A stretch of 60,194 bases of DNA, counting the filler, from Bipalium vagum (lineage: Eukaryota), in assembly GCA_037834085.1 (NCBI GenBank). It is 3 parts of 3 records of this genome, joined end to end, with 100 filler letters (N's around TTAATTAATTAA, not from the genome) between each part and the next. Parts side by side here need not be neighbours in the genome. Positions count along the whole stretch, not along the records: positions 15,861 to 42,568 come from JBBMKC010134027.1; 2 more parts are not named here. One strand, 5' to 3'. Below, one piece after another: positions 27,259 to 40,629 of the stretch (positions are counted from its first letter, which is position 1; every line of letters begins with the position of its first letter). The position numbers and the translations under genes were made by a program. Below the pieces are notes generated by a model that ran no database searches, was not told where the DNA came from, and saw only the letters and a program-made list of their open reading frames with translations.

Positions 27259-28878
27259 CAGTAGCTCTCAAAAGTTAGTTGACACTAAAAATATAAGTGT
27301 TTTTATGAAGTTTCTTTTGTATTATGACTACCCAAAAAATATATAAATGTGTTTTCGTAAAGGCTAATCAAATCAATCAAACGAAAATTGTGTTGAAATT
27401 GATATTAAATAAATGAAATATTCAAGAAAATATTCAATATTAAGAGTTCATATATTAGTTGTCATTGACAATGTAACATGAAAATTGAGAAACCTTAAAT
27501 AATATATTAAACGAATTTTTAAAAATTTATTATTAATACAAGTGATCCAAACTAATATTTAGTAGCATAACCATTGGAAGCGATAACAGCTGAACATCTG
27601 TGAGGCATAGAGTCAACAAGTTTAATCAATTTTAATAAAGGAATTTTAATCCAACTTTCCTCTAAATTTCTAAAGAAATCTTATTTATTGGATATATTTT
27701 TAACTCGGATGGTACAATCAAGCTCCTCCAATAAATAGTCAATCGGATTAAGGTCCGGACTCTGACTAGGTCACTTCATAACACGGATTTTGTTGCGTTC
27801 TAGCGTTTGTTTAATAACGTTGGATGAGTGTTTGGGGTCGTTATCCCTCTGAAATATCCACCTTTCTTTCATGGTTTCATGTGCAAATAGAATCATTGTA
27901 TCCTTAATTATGGTATCATATATTTGCATGTTCATGATGTCGTTTATTTGAATAAGAGGTCCGACTCTATCTCTGGAAAACAACTCCACACCATGACATT
28001 TCCTCCACCGTGTTTAATAGTCGGAACCTGATATCTTACATTAAATCTGTGGTTAACAGATCGACGAACATACAAAATACCATCACTAGATAGCAAATTC
28101 AATTTACTTTCGTCACTCAAGAGCATTTTAGACCAATCTTTAATTGTCCAATCTTTATGAAGGCGAGCAAATTTCAATCGGGTCATTCGATTTTTCTTCG
28201 ATATAAAAGGTTTCATGCTGGGACGTCTTGCAAATAGTCCAACAGATTGTAGACGTCTTTTTACAGTAGAAACACTGATTTTATTTGATGCGTTGGAATG
28301 ACTTTGATTAATTTCTGTGTCAATATCGACAGCAGTTTTTAGTGAATCTGCTTTTGAGGAACAAATAATGATGCGATCTTGATGAGCAGTTGTTTTCCTT
28401 GGTCTTCTAGATATTGGTGCATTAAAAATATTTCCAGTTCTGTTAAATTTGTTGACCCAGTTGCTGATTACCTGTCGCTTAAGCCCAAAATCGCGCGAAA
28501 CACTTGCTTGTGTTTTTCCTCTTTTAACTGCCCTAACAACTCGTTCCTTAATATCATTACTATAATTTTTGCTCTCACTATGATTGAAACTAAATAGTTT
28601 TAGACATTATTTTTAGAAAATCGTTTATATTCTTACTATAAATTGATTTTAATTGATTATAAATAAAATGAAAATTAATTTTTGAGTGCTTGTTTTTAAT
28701 GGTTTATGCTTTTTTATTATTTAATATTTTATAAATTCAAAATATTTTTTAGAGTTCATTTCTTTGCATATGTAGGAAGATTTTTAATAACAAAATTTTA
28801 ACATAATCATCTAGTAACAGCTAAATTTACTTATGAAAATTTAAAATTCGGGTGTCAACTGACTTTTGAGCGCTATTG
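27259..28878 (-). mobile_element. full-length Tc1-like element (1620 bp), transposase disrupted
   Basis: TA|CAGTAGCTCTCAAAAGTTAGTTGACAC...GTGTCAACTGACTTTTGAGCGCTATTG|TA. Motifs LSDESK, KHGGGNVMVW, FQRDNDPKH, PSQSPDLNPI. A frameshift and a stop are present. Confidence 0.93.
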
Positions 28879-30079
28879 TATGTACAACTAATTATTCAAA
28901 GGTAATTGACAACTCCATTTTCTTCTTCTGTTCTTTTTCTATTTTCAGAGTTATTAATTACAAAAATAGAAGGAAGAAAATAGAAAAATAATAATTAGGT
29001 TTTCAATTAGGAGTCGAAAGAAATCACACAAGCCTAGATTTATATAGGAGAGAATTTCAAGGAAATGATTACAAAAAAAGTATGAACGGATCTATAAAAA
29101 CCGAAAGCATTAATATATTTAATATTTACGTTTTGAATGTACTCATAAAAAAGGAATTTTTCAAAGAGATAATGTCAATCATAAAACATTTTTATTATTA
29201 TATATTTTAATGGTTATAGAACTATCACCTGGTTTTGACACTAAATATAGAACCGATCAAAACATGAACGCAGAATATCTACTTTGTTAATTTCAAGGTA
29301 AGAAAAGTTAATTTTTCAATTTTCTGTTTTTAAATTGAATTTATATAAATTTTTAAATAAAATTAAAAAACAGAAATAAGATGTTTAATATTAAATCGTT
29401 AATTAAAATAAAATCTTAATGAAAATCCCCAAGGAATCCGAGATAGGTTTTGGAAATTTTCAGTGTTAGTTTTACATATAAAGTAAAAAGACGATAAAAA
29501 ATAAAAAAATTTCTCAATGTAAAAAAGTTTTTTCACTAATTTATCATTTAAAAAAAAATTCGTGGTCCCTTTACCGAGATAATTAATTTCAAAATAAAAT
29601 ATGTTTAAAATTGGCTCTCGCCTACGGTTTTGTTTGTTACTTGAAAGAATAATAAGTTTAAAAAGACTAACCAATTTAAAAAATAATTTTAGCTCCCTGT
29701 TTCTAGAAAATAAGTATTAAAAAAAATATACAAAAAAGAAAATTTATTATTAATAATATTATATTTTATCAACTCTTTATCAGACATATCACATCAAAAT
29801 TTTGAGAGTCACAGCTACTGCTTTTAGGCCTTTATTCAGTAATGTCTCAATAATACTCGAACTACTGTTCATCAATCATTCTAAACTACAAAATAATTTA
29901 ATAGAGTTTAGAAATATCGGATTTTAAAGTTTACATAAATTCAACTTTTACTAACTGTAAAATGATTCCAATTTTTGTATGTAAATCTAAATTTTAAATG
30001 ATGTGGTTAAACAAATACTTAAGATAACTAAGTAAAAGACAAATCTTATATTCTTCCTGATAAAGATGATGAACACATA

Positions 30080-30526
30080 TATAGCAGATGATGTCTGGAA
30101 ATTGATATCGGATATCGTTTACAAAGGCTCCCAGTTCCATAATAAAGGACAATTAATCGGAGCCATTCAGAATGCTATTTATCAAATAAACAGCCAGGAA
30201 CGTCAAAAATTACAGTGTTTGTACGCATCAATACGATCCAGACTACGCAAGGTACTACAGACCCGTGGAAATTTAAATAATAATTACATTTTTAAATGTT
30301 CGTTTCTCAATAAAATAAATGTTTCTAAAATTATGTCGACTTTTTTAAAAATATTTTTTTAAAATAGTTTCACATGCAGCAACATAATATTATCTTATTG
30401 ATTTTTAACACGGCCACATACATACCACGATTAGTAAGACGTACGAAATTTGAAAAATTAATATAAATTAATTTACTTGAAAATTATAAATTAAGTGCAT
30501 TGTTTCTAAAATTATGTCGACGAGTA
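30080..30526 (+). mobile_element. 3' end of a Tc1-like element with IR/DR-type terminus
   Basis: DVWKLISDIVYKGSQFHNKGQLIGAI..LYASIRSRLRKVLQTRG. A 21-bp direct repeat TGTTTCTAAAATTATGTCGAC lies at 30320-30340 and 30501-30521, followed by GAGTA|TA. Confidence 0.65.
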
Positions 30527-30559
30527 TATATAGATTATCATATGAACTTATGATAATAC

Positions 30560-31000
30560 CTAAATTTGCTGAGTGTGGAGAAAGATAAATGGTTTCTTTT
30601 GGTCAGATAATCACAGGTACTCTGTATGCAGAACAAGTAGATCGTGTACACCGGGCACTTCAATTTCAGAGTAAGGATTCGAAAAAAATATTTTTTGTAC
30701 AAGACAATACCGAACCAGAAGTGATAAAGGTTGTTCAAGAAAAGTTAAAGAAATTGGTTGGCCAGTTTTGCTTTAGTCGCGAAATGGTTTCTGATTTGGT
30801 CCCATAGATCTACCCTATCATTGAGATCAATGGAATACTCTTTGGCTGGTAAAAAACTTCAAAATGTTGAAAAAGTCAGACTTTGGGTGTCTGAAAACTT
30901 CATATTTCATAAAAGAGAATTCTTTGAGAATGGAATTCGTTCTCTTCGTGAACAATGACGAAAAATCATTGACATTGGTGGAAATTTTCTTTAGATTAAT
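30560..31000 (+). pseudogene. mariner transposase relic (C-terminal half)
   Basis: IITGTLYAEQV, FFVQDN, RSMEYSLAGKKLQNVEKV, EFFENGIRSLREQ. Confidence 0.7.
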
Positions 31001-34000
31001 GTTAACATTTGTTGCTTTTCGGCACAAAAATTCGTTCTTTTAGAAAGTGCATTTCTGACTTAACATTTTAATGCTATTTTCCTTTTTGATATTAAAAGTA
31101 CATAAATAGTCAAATATTCCGATATTTCCAGATTAATTCATTCAGATCGTCAAAATAAAAATCTTCAAAACTGAACCTACCGAACATTCGTTCTTTTAGA
31201 ATCGTTTTTCAATATCGTTTTAATCCATTTGGTCTTTCATAAAAGGAAGTTATATTCCTTTTGGAATATTATCAAGAACTCTAAATGTTCGAATTCCTAT
31301 TTCAAGAGATAGATTGCTTTCCTCAGAGAGAATACAGTAATAAAGTATGATGAATGTTTGATCTAGCCACATTAAAGAATAACTCTGCTAAATGATATTT
31401 TCATGTTTCAACAATATTCCGTACTATTTCAACAATCCTATCATCCGTAAACAATTGCCCATCGTTTCACAACGGGTTTCAACAGAAGATTATTGCACAT
31501 TGTATTATTTGCATGATTAGCTTACTTGGTTAAATCTACTGTAAAATCGAATAAATTGAAACAGTAACTCTGCTCCTATTACTTCAAGCATATCTAAAGC
31601 TTTCTAAATTGGAACAACAAATTCTGCTATCACTCAAGCAGTCACTGTTGCATCTATGCTTACTTGAGTACTGAAATTACAGTGAAAACATTTCAATGAA
31701 ACAAAAAATTCTTCGCAATTTTTTAGGTGATTAAAACAAAGTTAAATTTTACATCATATTTATAAATTATTAATATATATTTATAATATTATACATTTTT
31801 TTTAATTAAGACTATCAATTACTCAAAAATAAAACATACACATAGATCAAGTGGCATTAGCATTGATTTTAAAGCAAAGTTCGGTAACATTGAAATTTGA
31901 AGGGTTAAAATTTTTGAATGAAAATACGCTGATCCAAAAGGCACCACTTTCATACTTGCTGATGGAGCCACTATTATCTAAGAAGATGAATTCTGACTCT
32001 AAATTGTCCTATTCAATTATATTCAATTCAATAACATTAGCAGTTGTGGTTCATATTCATTTATACTTCGTTCGGTGAGGTCTCCCACTTGCGACAATTA
32101 GTGCAGCGACTGCTCCTTTGAAAAAGCCATCCTAGTCAACGGACTAACGAAGCCCTATTCTTTCTTTATCCATCTCTACGTAATCATACGTGAGATAAAG
32201 TAATGAATCAATGACTTCATCAAGGAATAATGGATCCCAACAAATGGTAAAGTCATAAATAATAATTTTGTTATCTCAAACTATAAAATTCCAATGATTT
32301 CTTTTCACAATATTTATTTTATTATTATTTATGATTTATCATTACATATCATTAATTTTTNNNNNNNNNNNNNNNNNNNNNNNNNNNNNNNNNNNNNNNN
32401 NNNNNNNNNNNNNNNNNNNNNNNNNNNNNNNNNNNNNNNNNNNNNNNNNNNNNNNNNNNNNNNNNNNNNNNNNNNNNNNNNNNNNNNNNNNNNNNNNNNN
32501 NNNNNNNNNNNNNNNNNNNNNNNNNNNNNNNNNNNNNNNNNNNNNNNNNNNNNNNNNNNNNNNNNNNNNNNNNNNNNNNNNNNNACTGAAAGAATAACAC
32601 AACTTAATATATAATAAATATTTTTATATTAATCTGTTATTTTATTGTGCTTCATTATACGGACAATTATAAATATTCATACAAGCTGCAATGAAAAATA
32701 TTAAAAAAGACAGAAATATTTTTTAAAAATTAATTGCATTAAAAGTTTTCAGACATTAAATGGAAAAGTCAAATTAAATCAATTCAAAACTGGTTTTATA
32801 ATTTTGGATGAATTTGTACATCTGAAATTGAAGTGAAAAAATGCGAATATCTGTCTTGAATAAATTTTAAGACAAAATAAAAAAGTAATAAATAAATAAA
32901 ATATTATTTTTTTATTGATTATCTTTAATTATAAACATTTTTTATTTATAATTTTAATTGATTTAAAGTGTTATAGTAACTGTTAGAGAGTAACAGGCCG
33001 TAATCCAATCATTTCGGAATTTGGAGGAAAATAGCCCTGTCATGCCTAAGAAGGTCGGAATTTATCATGAAACGCTTGTAAATCATTTTTAGAAATCTGA
33101 ATTTAGAAAAATCTAGAGGTTTTCATTAGTTAATAAATAGTGAAAAAGAAAGAATAATATTTTTTAAAAAAACTTTTCATAATAAAGGAAAAAAAATTGC
33201 AAATTATAATACAAATTTATTAGATGAGAATTGGTGATACAGCTAAAATAAGGACAATGGGATTAATATGAATAAAATTGACAGACTCTAAACTCAGTCT
33301 GCTTGAAGTAAAGTCGATTCTTTCCGAAGGTATGATGTTGTTGAATGTCAGTGTCTTTTTAAATAATACATGAATTATTTATACTTCCTAAAGCTTCCTC
33401 ACTTTTTTGGTGTAAATTTTCGAGGGAGCTATACCTCTTCAAAAAAAGACCACATGTACCGATATAGTATACTGATATACATGTTCATGTTACCATCTAC
33501 ATTTATTTTATTATGAACTATTTAAATTATTATATATTTACTAAATTTTTAAATTTCGAAGTACCTCTAAACAAACTGAATTATTTTACAAAACCCATTG
33601 GCCTATCAATACAAAATTCTTTATATTATCTATGAAAAATATGTTTGTCAAGTAAACACTTGAAAATTGAATAAATCATTTCAATAAAACTTCACTGATA
33701 AAAAAGCCTTTGGAATCTAGAGGCTTTTGTCAACGGAAAATAAGCATACTTATTCCATCTGCTTAAAGCTAGTATTAGAAGTAATTAAATGTGTTCCTTA
33801 TCTCCTTTTCGTTTTTGAAAATCTTCACAAGCATAAATGTTCAAGAAAAAGTGTAGTATAATCAGTCTCTTATGTTATTCGTAAGCCTATTTAGATAATT
33901 TCTATTATCGTGAATATATTCTATTTCTGGTGCATATTTAGAACCCTATTACTCTCCATTCTTGTCTTTTTGGCGTGTTGAAGGTTTTGGAGTTGTTTGA

Positions 34001-34974
34001 TAACGTCATACCTGTATCACATTTCTTATCGCTTCCACATCATTTGGCCAAGTTTGAATTCAAGTAACAAAATGATCTGAATTTATCTTTTTAAAGCATT
34101 TATAAATCGCTTACAAATTTAAATGAATTTAAGGAATTAAAACAAGTAACCCAAGTCAGATGATTATGCTGACAATGTAACATTTAATCAAATAAATGTA
34201 TCCGAAAAATAATTATCTGACTAGCTTGAAAACGATTTTTATTCCATTAATATAAAAAATATTTTATTGAATAATTTTATTTTAGAAATTTATTTAAAAA
34301 CCATTTGGAAAACTTATTCTTCAGCCAAAATATTTTAATTAAATAATTAAATATAATATAAAATAACTTTTGATCATTTTTTTGATTTTAGTCAATTTAG
34401 AGCAATATCTCCTAATATTTCTTTATATTCCTATTGTTTAATATATTAATAAATAAAACAATAGCGTGTAAATATAAATTATTTCATTCCACTTGCTAAA
34501 TAAAGTAGTATATCTCTATTTAAATATCTTTTCAACTTATTTTTAAAATTTTTTAAACCATTATTTATATTTTTAAAAAATGTCGAAGTATTATTTATAT
34601 CGTTTTATGCAGGCAAGAAGGATTATTTTTGTGTTTATTCTTAATTTATTCACAATTATTTGAAAAGTTTTATTTTGGAAAAATTCTTTTCTCATTTAGT
34701 TAATTTTAAAGCAAACCCCAAATCAAAGTTCATAAGTTAATTATTAATAAAATTTAATTGTAATTTATTATTAATGTGTGATTAAACATTAATATTTTAA
34801 GTTGTTAGGTAGTTGCATTAATTCTCGCTGTTTGTTTTAATTAACTGTTTTATTAAATATTTTAGCAATAATTTAAATCAATTTTTATGATTTGTTAAGT
34901 ATTTATATTTAATGCTAAAATAATTGTATATATTTATTAGAGATGCACAGCAAACGAAAACGAATCTATTTGAT

Positions 34975-35690
34975 ATGATAAGTTTTATCCTTAAAAACAC
35001 ATTTGCGAGAAGCGTTGTTTTTTTGCTTTTATCTTAAAGGAAGTGTTACAGAAAGTTAGAATGCTGTCAGAAGCTTATGGCAACCATGATATGTCTGAAA
35101 CATGCTGTTGAGGTTGGTATCGGCAATTAAAAATGTGTGAGCTTCATTTGCAGGACAAACAACGACCATGTTAACCAAAGTACTTTTTAAATGAAGATTT
35201 AGAAAATGTGTTGATTAAAGATTGATTTCAAACAATTGAAACAATGTCAGAAGTAATTAATGTAAATAAATATCACAAGTAGACGGTTAAAACCCTTTGG
35301 ATTTAAACAGAAAATCGAGAAATGGTTGCCTCATCAGTTGAAAGAAGCAGATATCGCAAAACGATTATACATTTTTCAGACACTGTTCTGCAAGCAAAGA
35401 ATAAGTCCTTTTTACATCTCATTGTTATGTGTGATGAAAAATGTATTTTTTTGTCAAAATCTGAACTAAATAAAAATCATGTATGAAACCTGCTCAATCA
35501 GGAAAATCAACATCAGAACAAAACTTGCATGAATACAAGGTGATTTCCATTTTTTTAAATCAAATGGGTATTATTTATTTTGAGCTGCTGAAAGGGATGA
35601 TGGTCGGCGTTAACATCAATCATTAATAAAATAATGGCGAATACGACCAGACTAATCTAATAGGCATGATAAAATGTTGTTACAACATGA
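34975..35690 (+). pseudogene. mariner transposase relic
   Basis: HLREAL.., RMLSEAYGNH, KWLPHQLKE, CDEK, RHDKMLLQHD. Confidence 0.7.
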
Positions 35691-35699
35691 CCATAGGTT

Positions 35700-36128
35700 T
35701 GGACCATTTAACTCGATCTCATTTTTGATCAATTGTAAGTATATGCGGTATTCAACGAGAACTTAGTTTTCTGACAACCAAGTGTTCATGTAAAGTAGAA
35801 TGCATTGAAATCTAAGATGTATTTAATGATGTTTGAATTTCATAATATGTTGTCCGACGACCTTCTTCAATTAATTTCCGAACGTCAATATTTTCATCGG
35901 ACATACTTGTGTATAGACGATGTCTGAAATAATCATCCAAAGAGACGCGTTATACTTAAAATCCTGAAATCATCGATAGACTGTAGTGTTTGATAGAGCA
36001 TCATTAGGAATTGCTAAATTTAGACGATCGAGACATAGCTGCTGTATCAGTCCAAATCGAAAATCATGTAAAATCATTTTTCGAAAGTTTTCCTTTGATA
36101 AATTCATATTTTCCGCTTTGTATGCCAT
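35700..36128 (-). pseudogene. mariner transposase N-terminal relic
   Basis: Minus strand reads MNLSKENFRKMILHDFRFGLIQQLCLDRL...TTVYR*FQDFK. Confidence 0.65.
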
Positions 36129-37395
36129 ATTTAAATGTTAATATTTATATAAACAAATGAGATTTTTATTATTAAATAAAGGTAATGTATTAAAACAACT
36201 TATTTTATGATTAAATTTTTAATTTTTTACTAGACCTTCTCATATTCTTCATTCCCGAAACGTTTCTTTTGTCTCTCGTAACCCTTAACTATTAAGAGAT
36301 AAGAGTAATTTTCTTATTGAGACTACATTTTTAAAAAAGACTGATTTATTATTATGAAAGCTTTACTAATTCATTCTCCATATATAAATGTAAAAATTGT
36401 AAATAAAAATTGATTACTTTTACTTTGTCTCTTTTTAGAAACAATAAGTCCTATAAGCTCTTCTCAACTATTTTGTACTTACTATTTATATATATGACCG
36501 GTCTTTTAATAAAATCATTCCGTGATTTTAAATTATTTTATTTTAATATTTTATCGTAGAATTCTTATATATGTTTTCGATACAAATTTGTTTACAACTA
36601 TTTATAAAATAGCATCGTAGCACTATTTTTTACAAATAACTAATAAAATACTAATGACGATTTAAACAAAGTTGAAATCATGCAGACCTTATGTTCACAA
36701 AGATTAAAATGGGTAACCGTTTTTTTAGTTTTTAATATTAATTACTTTTTCCAAGAAAAAAATAGAAAAAAAGCGAATTAATAAAAATGATAGACACAAT
36801 ACATGGACAAAATTTTTCATAATCTGATAGTATTATTCTAATATTAATAAATATTTTTTCATATTTTGTTCATGAATGAAAAATGTTGAGNNNNNNNNNN
36901 NNNNNNNNNNNNNNNNNNNNNNNNNNNNNNNNNNNNNNNNNNNNNNNNNNNNNNNNNNNNNNNNNNNNNNNNNNNNNNNNNNNNNNNNNNNNNNNNNNNN
37001 NNNNNNNNNNNNNNNNNNNNNNNNNNNNNNNNNNNNNNNNNNNNNNNNNNNNNTAATTATACTATATTATTATTAGTTTACATTATTACCTTTATTATTT
37101 TTTTATTGTTATGAATTATATATATTATTTTTATAATTATTTCTAATGTTGCGCGTTTCGCAATTTTAAAATTATTAGCCTAGAATTTTAATATATAAAC
37201 TTTTATTAATTTAAATGATTTATTTAAACTTTACTAAAAATTCATTATTTTAACACATCAAAAACTGCTTCCCAGAATATAATGAAAACCAATTATCAAT
37301 TATAAATTTCCACTCTTTTTCCAAGCAGTAGAGAGATTTTACATATTTTTCTGAAAAAAACATACCGTAATTTAATGATGATCAAAACATTTCAG

Positions 37396-38231
37396 AATAA
37401 GGACAAATTGATAACGTATGTTGTAGCGGCTGGGATCACTTATGGTTGTGGTGAAAATACTTTTCATCCGTATTTCAAAGAAGCTTGGCAGAATTCTCCA
37501 TTTTTAGAAGTCATTGAGTCGGGTCAGAATTTCGTTCCCGTTATTCACATTTATGACTTGGCCGGGTTTGGCAACACTTTTGCAAATGCCAAATATAATT
37601 GTTTTTCATTAGAGTTTTGCAAAATCTCATTGATTCTCATCCCAAAACACGATACGTGCTAGCTACAGACGATTCTAAGAATACGCTGGAAGAAATTATT
37701 CGGGTAATAAATTTCTCGTTAATGCCTTATTTATTTTCTTCTGTCATTGCACGTCATCTAGGCTATTTCTAAAAATTTGAGCACAGGAAAAATAAAGCAT
37801 GTTACAAAAGAAGAGATCCTCACCAATGAGGAAGTAAAGGTAACTTTGTTTATTTTAAGCAGATTTTATTTAATTAATTAATTAATTATTCATTTAACCG
37901 AGTCTGCAAAACTGTCTCAACAGAATAATTAATAATTATCACTTTCCAATCAAATTCAAATTAAGTAAACATTTTGTTTGTACCAGTCACGATTTTTAAA
38001 TAATTTCAATGGTTTTGTCAACTTTCCGTAAAGAACAACAAATATTGCTGTAGCTCTGTCTCAGTGATAAACTGGTGTGGCCGAAAACGTCAGTTTCAAA
38101 CTGGATTTTGCTTAATTCAAAATTAGCCCTGGTATCAAAAAGATAACAAAATTCTCTCTTTTCAAAATCACCCAGAGGTTCTTCAATAAAAAAGTAATAA
38201 AAAACACAAAAAAGTTATAATTATAATAAAT

Positions 38232-38292
<61 letters not shown>

Positions 38293-40096
38293 TTAATAAT
38301 AATAAAAATTTCGTTATGGTATTTTCTATTTGGATGGGGGTCATTTATGTTTAAAAAAAACGTCCTTTAGTAATGTTTATTTTGATTTCTCTAGTCGATT
38401 TTGACACTAAATGTTATCAAGAGAATTTTTAAAATAATTGATCATAAAAAAGCAAAATAGAGGTTGGTTATTTGACGAGCTCGTAATTGTTTTTTTTCTA
38501 AAGCAAATAAATTCTAGGCAATCACAGCATTCATTATTATTTATTTCATTTATTTTGTACTTAGACACCATTGATTTATAGATGGAGTAATATTTCGTTA
38601 AATTTACACTTGACAACAGAATACACTCCATGCTTTCAGATAAAACCATTCCCCGTGCAATCTGAGTTAAATTAAATCAATTTGTTATTAGAAAATATCC
38701 GATTTCTCATTTTTGTAAAATATAAATGGAGTAGTGCTCATTTTAGATTCGTTTTCAAACATGGATCAATATTTTTTAATCTTAAATATTTTTTCTTTTT
38801 ATTTATTTATTTTATTCATAAATAATTTTTTAATATTTAATGGTTTTTTCTTTTTCTAAAAAAATTGAACTGCTATGATTTTTTGTGTTCGTTTTATATG
38901 TTTACATTAATTAATTATTTTAAATCAATTAAACTAATACTTAATGATTTGTGATCCATTGTTGACATAATGTTCATGGATAAAAAGTAATAGAATGGAA
39001 CCTTGAACGAAAGGGTGAAAATAGTTTTATAAATATTAATTTCCATCTATTTTTATAAAAATACTTGATTTAATTACGTTTTTGTTTAAAAATTCAGCAA
39101 CACGAATACGATCAACTACTCATCAATCTTCAAATCGACCCAGTTTTTGTGAAAGAGAGTATGAAGATAAAATGGTACTCTGAAACTGGCTTAGTTGAAA
39201 ATATCAACAAAATCATCAAGGACTTCAAAACTACACGCAATCTTATAGTAAAAACAGATAGTTTTCAATGACTTTATTTTTGGCAATGTAGCCTTTTCGA
39301 GTTTGTATTCTCGGTCCTCCTGCTGTTGGGAAGTCAACGATCGCTGAACAGGTCTGCAATGCTTACCGAATACACTGGATTCAATTAAAAGATTTGATTG
39401 AAGAAACAATCACTCGATTAGAGCGCAGTGCAGCTAAAGTGGAGACGGAAAACGTTGGAGAAGAAGAAGATGAAGCTGACAAGGCAGCTGAAGATGCTGA
39501 ATTACTGGAGAGCATCAATGAAAGTAAGGCCGAGAACAATGGACGCATAGAATCGCAATACATCACAAAGTAAGCTTATACAATGATGATGTTGCATAGT
39601 ATATCTTTCTATTACATTTTTGAACTTTTTCTTTTGTCAGATTTCTCAAAGATAAATTACTCTCTAAGCCATTGAAGAATCAAGGGTTCTTATTGGACAA
39701 TTATCCTAAAACCAAAGAGCAGGCAGAAGAACTTTTCAATGGTGGGTATTGGAAGTTGCGTTTTATTTTTAACATTAATAACTGATGTTAACAGCGGGTG
39801 ACGATGAGGCCGAGGACGAGGAAGAAGAAGGTGAGAGTGAAGAGAAACCGTCATACAACAAAAATTTGTTACCCACTCACGTATTTGTGCTGGAGGCCGA
39901 GGACGAATATCTGAAGAAGAAAATCATGGAGATACCCGAATCTCTGGTCATTGGGTCGCACAATACTGAAGAGGGATTTCTTCGCAGAATCACAGAATAC
40001 AGAAATGTGAACAATGAAGAAGATACAGTTCTCAATTATTTCGAAGACAACGGAGTGAAGATTGTGAAATTGGATTTGATGAAGGACGAGTACAAT
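37396..40096 (+). CDS. AK7: adenylate kinase 7, partial; exons 37396-37565, 37613-37703, 37762-37839, 39098-39247, 39292-39569, 39641-39741, 39795-40096
   Basis: All GT-AG joins are in frame. Motifs YVVAAGITYG, VPVIHIYDLAG|VLQNLID, P-loop CILGPPAVGKST, NQGFLLDNYPKT, acidic runs, and LEAEDEYLK..PESLVIGSH..TVLNYF appear in AK7 order. The N-terminus and the C-terminal Dpy-30 region were not found. Confidence 0.9.
38236..38290. repeat. (AAT)n microsatellite in AK7 intron
   Basis: Visible triplet run. Confidence 0.9.
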
Positions 40097-40629
40097 GTAA
40101 GTTTCATTTTGGTCTCTGTTTCTAAATAATAATATATTATAATCAATAACGGAATTTTGCTGGATAATTTTGATTGAATTCTTTCGATAAAAATCGTATG
40201 TAAATAGAAAAACATTATTTAAAGAAAAAATATATTAGATAAAGAAAAAAATGACGTGAAATTTCTTTTCGTTACTAAAATCAATGTCTCACGATGATCA
40301 ATATTTGCCTGAAATTTTCGTTACGCAGGAAACATTGAAAGTACGAAATAAAATAAATAGATGAAAATTAACATAAATATAACATTAAAATAAATACAAT
40401 ATACAAAATATTATTTAACTATTTCGAAAATGTGAAAATTAATTTTGTCAAGGACTCCATTTCTCCGCTTTTATATAAATGATTTTTTAAAATATTAAAA
40501 TACCAGGTCAACGCAAGTCATTTCGCTTTTTAATAATTTATATTCAACCAATTAATTAATTGTTTAAATATATCTAAAAAAATATTTTTTTGCTGATTTT
40601 ATAAAATAAGTTCAAATAAGGCTTAAATA

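Noticed and set aside
32294-32614. ORFs spanning N runs (also 36876-37076)
   Set aside because: Artefacts of translating assembly gaps.
33700-34070. Possible retrotransposon integrase or RNase H remnant on the minus strand
   Set aside because: Only vague motif resemblance; too decayed to support.
39191-39566. Minus-strand ORFs 39191-39409 and 39381-39566
   Set aside because: Antisense shadows of AK7 exons.
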